IMG/VR virus record: IMGVR_UViG_3300025894_001089
Strand: one strand, 5' to 3'
Source: an uncultured virus (IMG/VR IMGVR_UViG_3300025894_001089)
Taxonomy: Duplodnaviria > Heunggongvirae > Uroviricota > Caudoviricetes
Length of the DNA stretch: 20,000 bases
Part shown: piece after piece, positions 15,384 through 20,000 of the stretch
Layout of the letters: every line of letters begins with the position of its first letter
How positions within the stretch are numbered: the stretch's first letter is position 1
Made by a program: the position numbers and the translations under genes
Notes under the pieces: model-generated
The model's input: the letters and a program-made list of their open reading frames with translations, nothing else
Told to the model about the DNA's origin: nothing
Database searches by the model: none

Positions 15384-16355
15384 ATGAAAGAGACTGTACT
15401 TGGAAAAAATTTCGGCTTGATGCTAGAAGACGTTGACTTAGTCAAGTATTCATCCGAAAATTTTGAAGAATTATATAGCAAATTTGTACACAATAAATTC
15501 TTGGTTATTCGAGGACATCGCGAATTAACTGATCACGAGTTTTCAAACACGTTTACTATGTTTGGAGATGGGTTCGTTTGGGACGAGGCATTTGAACGAA
15601 CTGGAGTTGGTGAAGTACATAAAATCATTCATAGAGATACTCCTCCATCAGCAGGAAAAGAAAATGCCTGGCACAACGAACTTAGTTGGCAAAAAAATCC
15701 TTGTAAGGCTGTGGTAATTAATTTAAAAGTTGTTCCAGCATATGGCAGTGATACATTATGGATTGATACTAATAAAGTATGGGAAAACTTGCCGGCGCCA
15801 TTGCGTCAACTTATACATAAAAAATCAGCATTACATTCTCCACCAACAGAAAATTATCATACAGAAATTGTAAAAATGAAAGAGCAACAAGCCGATAAAG
15901 GTTTTGAAACAGATGCTATTCATCCAATGGTTATTCAGCATCCAGATACAGGCTTGTGGCACGTATATGTTAATCCGTTGTTTACTCAATACATCAAAGG
16001 CATGGCAAAGAAAGATAGTTATTGGGTACTTCATCAAATATACGACACATTTCATATACCTGAATTCCAGTATAGACATAGATGGCAACCAGGTGATATT
16101 ATCCTATGGGACAACAGATCCACAGTACATTATGCATGTAGTGGGTACTTTCCAAACTATCGTGAAAGCAGACGATTAATGCTCATAAGCCAAAAAGGTA
16201 AACCAGAGTGGAATACAGTTGATCATCTTCCGTTGCCTTCTGAAGAAGAATACTTTAGAAGTAACCCAGAGTTCTACGGAGGTATAAGACGCCACCGAAA
16301 TAGAAAACAATGGTTCACTAGAGATATTGAAAAATTGCTTGAACAATACGGTTGA
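15384..16355 (+). CDS. TauD/TfdA-family 2OG-dependent dioxygenase
   Basis: WHNELSW, VPAYGSDTLW, HPMVIQHPDTG, YVNPLFT, PEFQYRHRWQPGDIILWDNRSTVHYA, R..RR; SD GGAG. Confidence 0.92.
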   Translation: MKETVLGKNFGLMLEDVDLVKYSSENFEELYSKFVHNKFLVIRGHRELTDHEFSNTFTMFGDGFVWDEAFERTGVGEVHKIIHRDTPPSAGKENAWHNELSWQKNPCKAVVINLKVVPAYGSDTLWIDTNKVWENLPAPLRQLIHKKSALHSPPTENYHTEIVKMKEQQADKGFETDAIHPMVIQHPDTGLWHVYVNPLFTQYIKGMAKKDSYWVLHQIYDTFHIPEFQYRHRWQPGDIILWDNRSTVHYACSGYFPNYRESRRLMLISQKGKPEWNTVDHLPLPSEEEYFRSNPEFYGGIRRHRNRKQWFTRDIEKLLEQYG

Positions 16356-16380
16356 CATTATCTAATATTTGTGTTACATT
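16352..16380 (+). promoter_or_regulatory. Sigma70-type promoter of uvsE
   Basis: TTGACA (16352-16357), 17 nt, TACATT (16375-16380) preceded by TGn. Confidence 0.7.
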
Positions 16381-16413
16381 GTAGTTTGTATTAAGTAACA
16401 TAGAGTTCACACA

Positions 16414-17448
16414 ATGTCTTTTGATCAAAGTACACATCGTGTTGGTTTTGCCTGTAAATATTTGCACCCAGACCAAACACAAAAGAAGAAACTGCTAGAA
16501 GAAATTCAGCGTCCGTTAACTGAAAAGTGTACAACAGTACAATGGCTCAATAGACAAACTGTAGATGTTGCAGAACAACGGCTGTGGGATATTATGGTTC
16601 ATAACACTCAAGCAGTTTACAATCTAGTTGAATGGGTTGGCTCACAAGAGCCAGAGCTTAGAATGGTACGTATTGGCAGTAATCAATTGCCTATGTATAC
16701 ACAACCAGATTGGCGTTATTTTTGGCAACAACCAGATGTTAGAGAATATGCATCTAAAGAATATGCCAAGGCAGGTGATCTTGCACGTAAACTAGATGTG
16801 CGTCTAAGTATGCACCCTGGTCAGTTTACTGTTCTTGCTAGTGATAGCCCAGATATAGTAAATAGAAGTATAGAGGAGTTTGAATACCATGCAGATATTA
16901 TCAGATGGATGGGCTACGGCCAACAATTCCAGGACTTTAAGTGCAACGTCCATATCTCGGGTCGAGCCGGTCCACAAGGCATCAGACAAGCATTACCGCG
17001 ACTCTCCCCAGAAGCAAGAAACACAATCACGATCGAAAACGACGAAATGTCGTGGGGCCTCGAAGCATCGCTCGAACTCCAAAATGATGTCGCACTCGTA
17101 CTTGACATACACCACCACTGGGTCTCTTCAGGAGAATACATACTACCCACCGACGATAGACTTCGACGTGTAAAAGATAGTTGGCGTGGTGTCCGACCTG
17201 TTATACATTATTCTTACAGTCGTAACGAGCATTTACCAGCAGATTTTGCACACGACACTAAGCCCAACATGGAGCAACTGCTAGAATCTGGTTCTAAAAA
17301 GCAGAAACTTAGAGCTCATAGCGATTACTATCCTAATCCACTTGTTAACCAATGGGCGGCTACATTCGCAGATAGCTTTGATATAATGTGCGAAAGCAAG
17401 TGTAAGAATCTTGCTAGTATGAAATTCTACAACGAATATATTAAATGA
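16414..17448 (+). CDS. uvsE: UV-damage endonuclease UvsE/UVDE
   Basis: RVGFACK, RLSMHPGQFTVLAS, NVHISG, TIENDE, LVLDIHHHW, PVIHYS, RAHSDY, DIMCESKCKNLA. Confidence 0.94.
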   Translation: MSFDQSTHRVGFACKYLHPDQTQKKKLLEEIQRPLTEKCTTVQWLNRQTVDVAEQRLWDIMVHNTQAVYNLVEWVGSQEPELRMVRIGSNQLPMYTQPDWRYFWQQPDVREYASKEYAKAGDLARKLDVRLSMHPGQFTVLASDSPDIVNRSIEEFEYHADIIRWMGYGQQFQDFKCNVHISGRAGPQGIRQALPRLSPEARNTITIENDEMSWGLEASLELQNDVALVLDIHHHWVSSGEYILPTDDRLRRVKDSWRGVRPVIHYSYSRNEHLPADFAHDTKPNMEQLLESGSKKQKLRAHSDYYPNPLVNQWAATFADSFDIMCESKCKNLASMKFYNEYIK

Positions 17449-17660
17449 ACAAACATTTTGAAGTCAATGGTTACGAATATTGGACTGACCTTGACGTAGA
17501 ACCTGATGGCGACAATCAAAAACTATGGCACTATTGCTTTAAGAAAGAAACCGAGATTCAAATGGGTAATGGTTTCTACAGTCATAGCCCATATAAATAT
17601 ATGAGTAAAGAAGAGTTTGCCAAACACATTCAAACTGTAGAAGTGTTTAATCAAGGATAA
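17445..17660 (+). CDS. Hypothetical protein (71 aa)
   Basis: ATGA-type overlap with the uvsE stop; fills the gap to rpiB. Confidence 0.65.
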   Translation: MNKHFEVNGYEYWTDLDVEPDGDNQKLWHYCFKKETEIQMGNGFYSHSPYKYMSKEEFAKHIQTVEVFNQG

Positions 17661-17664
17661 CAAA

Positions 17665-18153
17665 ATGATTGGAATTGCAAGTGACCACGGCGGTTTTGTC
17701 CTAAAGCAATACTTGTTAGACAAAACACTGGGTTTCTCAAAAAATGCCCTAAGCGACTTTGGTTGTTACAACCTAGACAGTGTTGACTACCCAATATATG
17801 GTCATAAGATATCCGAGTCAATAACCAATGGAGAGATGGAACGTGGAATTATTATTTGCGGTACTGGTATTGGAATTAGCATTTCTGCTAATCGTCACCC
17901 TGGTGTAAGAGCCGCACTTTGTTACGATGTAACAACGGCTAGACTGGCACGTGAACATAACAATGCAAATGTACTAGCACTAGGTGCTCGAATGACAGCA
18001 CCAGAATTAGCATTAGAAATTTTAGATGTGTTTCTTAAAACAGAATTTGAAGGTGGGCGTCATAAGAATCGTGTAGATGCTATTGAACTGCCAAACAAGA
18101 AATCATTCAGTACCCGCTGGCGACCATACATACTTGGGAGCAGGTCCAAGTAA
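17665..18153 (+). CDS. rpiB: Ribose-5-phosphate isomerase B
   Basis: IASDHGG, SVDYP, GIIICGTGIGISISANR, AREHNNANVLALGAR, FEGGRHKNRV. Confidence 0.96.
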   Translation: MIGIASDHGGFVLKQYLLDKTLGFSKNALSDFGCYNLDSVDYPIYGHKISESITNGEMERGIIICGTGIGISISANRHPGVRAALCYDVTTARLAREHNNANVLALGARMTAPELALEILDVFLKTEFEGGRHKNRVDAIELPNKKSFSTRWRPYILGSRSK

Positions 18154-18354
18154 ACGACGAGCAACGGCTACGGTGTGTTTACATTTACCTCTAAATCCAA
18201 AGCCAGGACAACTACAATCAAATCCTTTTGGATGTAGCTCAACTTCGTAGGTGTTACCTTTACTTCCTTCTACAGGCCACACCATACCAAGAAAACAATG
18301 ATTTTCAGTGTTCATATCTTCCGGCTTGTAAAAAGTTGGTTTAAATTTAGGCAT
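18103..18354 (-). CDS. SWIM zinc-finger small protein
   Basis: GSKGNTYEV...FDCSCPGFGFRGKCKH is a CxC-x(n)-CxH SWIM motif. Confidence 0.85.
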   Translation of the reverse strand: MPKFKPTFYKPEDMNTENHCFLGMVWPVEGSKGNTYEVELHPKGFDCSCPGFGFRGKCKHTVAVARRLLGPAPKYVWSPAGTE

Positions 18355-18568
18355 TATCAGTTACCTCAAAATTTGGGTCGTTATGCAGTTTGACCCAACG
18401 TCCATCAAAACCTTTGTGGTCTCGCGGACCTTCTGTTTTATTTTCGCTACGTAGCATCATAGCACCACGGCGAATCTCTTCAACAAGCCAACGAGTACCA
18501 TGCTGATGTATCCGGTTTTTGCCGTGGCGTGTTTTGCCTTTGAGCTCTATCCAGTTTCCTACTTGCAT
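18347..18568 (-). CDS. Hypothetical basic protein (73 aa)
   Basis: Start reassigned to the ATG at 18568 (MQVGNWIELKGKTRHGKNR...), which has SD AAGGAG and a promoter directly upstream. The longer listed ORF runs through promoter DNA. Confidence 0.75.
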   Translation of the reverse strand: MQVGNWIELKGKTRHGKNRIHQHGTRWLVEEIRRGAMMLRSENKTEGPRDHKGFDGRWVKLHNDPNFEVTDNA

Positions 18569-18593
18569 CGTCTGCTCCTTAATTGTTATGTAC

Positions 18594-18622
18594 ATTATAC
18601 GGCAATTTGCCCAAAAGGTCAA
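18594..18622 (-). promoter_or_regulatory. Sigma70-type early promoter (leftward)
   Basis: TTGACC, 17 nt, TATAAT on the minus strand. Confidence 0.8.
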
Positions 18623-18666
18623 CCAAAAAAAGGTGGATTTTTCTGGTAAAATCAGGCAGATTTCAG

Positions 18667-18695
18667 TTGACAACTGCTTATACATATGCTATAGT
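18667..18695 (+). promoter_or_regulatory. Sigma70-type early promoter (rightward)
   Basis: TTGACA, 17 nt, TATAGT preceded by TGn. Confidence 0.78.
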
Positions 18696-18733
18696 GTATG
18701 TATAAGTTAACATAGCAGAGAGGGATACACGCT

Positions 18734-18922
18734 ATGACATTCCAACAACAGGTAGCCAAGTTCGTAAGCGATAACCTAGATCGTACAGCCGACCGCTATG
18801 AACAGATTTGGTCAATCAAGTCGGCACTGCTCGCACATGGTCATCAACTGCTGGCAACAGACAGAGAGACTATCGATAGTGTGCTAGATGTGCTGTTCGA
18901 AGAATACAATTTTCCAGCATAA
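18734..18922 (+). CDS. Hypothetical protein (62 aa)
   Basis: Has its own promoter and a GAGGGA SD upstream. Confidence 0.7.
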   Translation: MTFQQQVAKFVSDNLDRTADRYEQIWSIKSALLAHGHQLLATDRETIDSVLDVLFEEYNFPA

Positions 18923-18927
18923 AGAGG

Positions 18928-18955
18928 TTGACAAAACACTAGGATGTGCTATTAT
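18928..18955 (+). promoter_or_regulatory. Sigma70-type early promoter
   Basis: TTGACA, 16 nt, TATTAT preceded by TGn. Confidence 0.72.
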
Positions 18956-18961
18956 ATGTGT

Positions 18962-19282
18962 ATGATAAGGAAAAAACGCACAGACAGAAACCACATTATC
19001 TACAAGATCTCCAGTGGAGAAGACTTCTACATTGGTGTTACTGCTAAGACACAGAGCACCGAAAAGAAGTCCTTGCAGGTACGTTTTAACAAGCACGTAT
19101 ACCGTAGCCGTAGCGAAAACAAGGGCTGGTTGCTATACGAAGAAATGCGCCGTAAGGGTGTAGACGAATTTACTGCTGAAGTACTTGAAATAGTACGCGG
19201 AAAGACACCTGCTCACAAACGAGAACGTGAACTTATTTCAGAGTTACAACCCACTCTAAACACCGATATGCGAGGGTGTTAA
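18962..19282 (+). CDS. Stand-alone GIY-YIG nuclease domain protein
   Basis: HIIYKI...FYIGVT, RFNKH, ERELI..LQPTLN. Start taken at the ATG at 18962 because the earlier ATGs lie within or immediately beside the promoter. Confidence 0.82.
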   Translation: MIRKKRTDRNHIIYKISSGEDFYIGVTAKTQSTEKKSLQVRFNKHVYRSRSENKGWLLYEEMRRKGVDEFTAEVLEIVRGKTPAHKRERELISELQPTLNTDMRGC

Positions 19283-19288
19283 AAAAGG

Positions 19289-19317
19289 TTGACCTTTTGG
19301 GAAAGATGTCGTATACT
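19289..19317 (+). promoter_or_regulatory. Sigma70-type early promoter, inverted copy of the 18594-18624 element
   Basis: TTGACC, 17 nt, TATACT; GGTTGACCTTTTGGG is shared exactly with the leftward promoter. Confidence 0.78.
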
Positions 19318-19346
19318 ACAAGAACAATAAGGAAATGGAGAAACAA

Positions 19347-19622
19347 ATGAACGCCTTAGATATTGCCCGTGAAATTAAACAAGGTACTTTTACTGCCGAT
19401 GAACTTGAACTGTTAACTCAGTCATTGAGGTTTGCTCGTGCAGAAAACGGTCGTGATACCATTCGTAAACTTATGGTAGGCGACAAGGTTAAATTTAATG
19501 GTCGTAGGAACAGAGTTGTTAAAGGTACTGTTACGAAGATCAAGATCAAAAACGTTGTGGTTAAGGATGACAGCTCACATTCGAGTTGGAATGTTCCTGC
19601 CCAGATGCTTGAGTTGGCTTAA
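19347..19622 (+). CDS. Hypothetical protein with C-terminal KOW/SH3-like beta barrel
   Basis: SD GGAG 6 nt before the ATG at 19347; LMVGDKVKF...VKGTVTKIKIKNVVV...WNVPAQMLE. Confidence 0.72.
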   Translation: MNALDIAREIKQGTFTADELELLTQSLRFARAENGRDTIRKLMVGDKVKFNGRRNRVVKGTVTKIKIKNVVVKDDSSHSSWNVPAQMLELA

Positions 19623-19852
19623 TGATTACAGAGCAACTCACAAAGAGCTTGGAGGGTCTTGCACATGGTGCAGACCCGTCCCAAGAGCTGACGAAGCTAA
19701 CCTCAGATGAGATATATAGTCTTCAGCTATTCGTCGACAATTTAAATAATCAACTTCAGGACATAAGGGAATCTGTTCTTGGTACTACGTTTGATTTGTC
19801 TTCTTCTCACCCCTTGTTAGACGTAGGAATAAAAAGTGCAAAAGAAAAATAA
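19622..19852 (+). CDS. Hypothetical protein (76 aa)
   Basis: TAATG stop/start coupling with the previous gene. Confidence 0.65.
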   Translation: MITEQLTKSLEGLAHGADPSQELTKLTSDEIYSLQLFVDNLNNQLQDIRESVLGTTFDLSSSHPLLDVGIKSAKEK

Positions 19853-19853
19853 G

Positions 19854-20000
19854 ATGGAACCAATGAAGCCTGAGAAAGCGGCCGCTAAGGCTGTTTTTGA
19901 AATGCAGATGAATACCAAAGAAGCAATTCGTTTTGTTGAACGAAGAGCTAGGGTTGATGAAAAAACTGCTAAGAAAGCGATTGAAGATGCACCAGTCTGG
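19854..20000 (+). CDS. Hypothetical protein, 3'-truncated
   Basis: Open frame MEPMKPEKAAAKAVFEMQMNTKEAIRFVERRARVDEKTAKKAIEDAPVW runs to the window end, starting 1 nt after the previous stop. Confidence 0.65.
   Translation, partial: MEPMKPEKAAAKAVFEMQMNTKEAIRFVERRARVDEKTAKKAIEDAPVW

Noticed and set aside
16804..17173. Three alternative-frame ORFs inside uvsE
   Set aside because: Explained by the locally higher GC (fewer stop codons); no RBS or motifs.
18519..18710. ORF 18519..18710 (+) and the long 18685 start of the minus gene
   Set aside because: Both run across the divergent promoter region; the better-supported start is 18568.
1..20000. tRNA/rRNA genes, CRISPR array, introns/inteins, IS elements, stop-codon recoding
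   Set aside because: Intergenic gaps are short and accounted for, no repeat-spacer periodicity was seen, conserved enzymes are full length and uninterrupted in the standard code, and TAA, TAG and TGA all end genes. Checked by eye only.
1..20000. Interpretation as a bacterial chromosome segment
   Set aside because: clpX without clpP, clpS without clpA, isolated rpmG, a fibre-like gene and an early-promoter array of tiny ORFs fit a large phage better. No capsid or terminase gene is in the window, so this remains an inference.

Overview
AT-rich (roughly one-third GC by eye), gene-dense segment that reads as part of a large lytic tailed-phage genome rather than a cellular chromosome. Host-like genes sit outside their usual operons, among small phage-type ORFs, a tail-fibre-like gene, several near-consensus sigma70-type promoters and recurrent intergenic TAAATA boxes. 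An aquatic proteobacterial host is an inference. From left to right: an acidic membrane protein (5'-truncated); a proteostasis block (clpX, hsp20 with a ROSE-like RNA thermometer, clpS); a cytidylyltransferase; an alpha/beta hydrolase; a DEDDh exonuclease plus GMP reductase; a ribosomal protein bL33 homolog followed by a very basic small protein; a divergent sugar-modification cluster (putative glycosyltransferase, UDP-glucose/GDP-mannose dehydrogenase, 2OG-Fe(II) oxygenase, StrB1-type amidinotransferase, methyltransferase-like protein) next to a probable virion fibre gene; a TauD-family dioxygenase; UvsE; RpiB; and a divergent early region of small genes with repeated promoter cassettes. The best candidates for new biology are the amidino-sugar cluster, the bL33 locus, and the thermometer-controlled Clp-retargeting block. 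All family calls come from motifs recognised by eye against remembered reference sequences; no searches were run.
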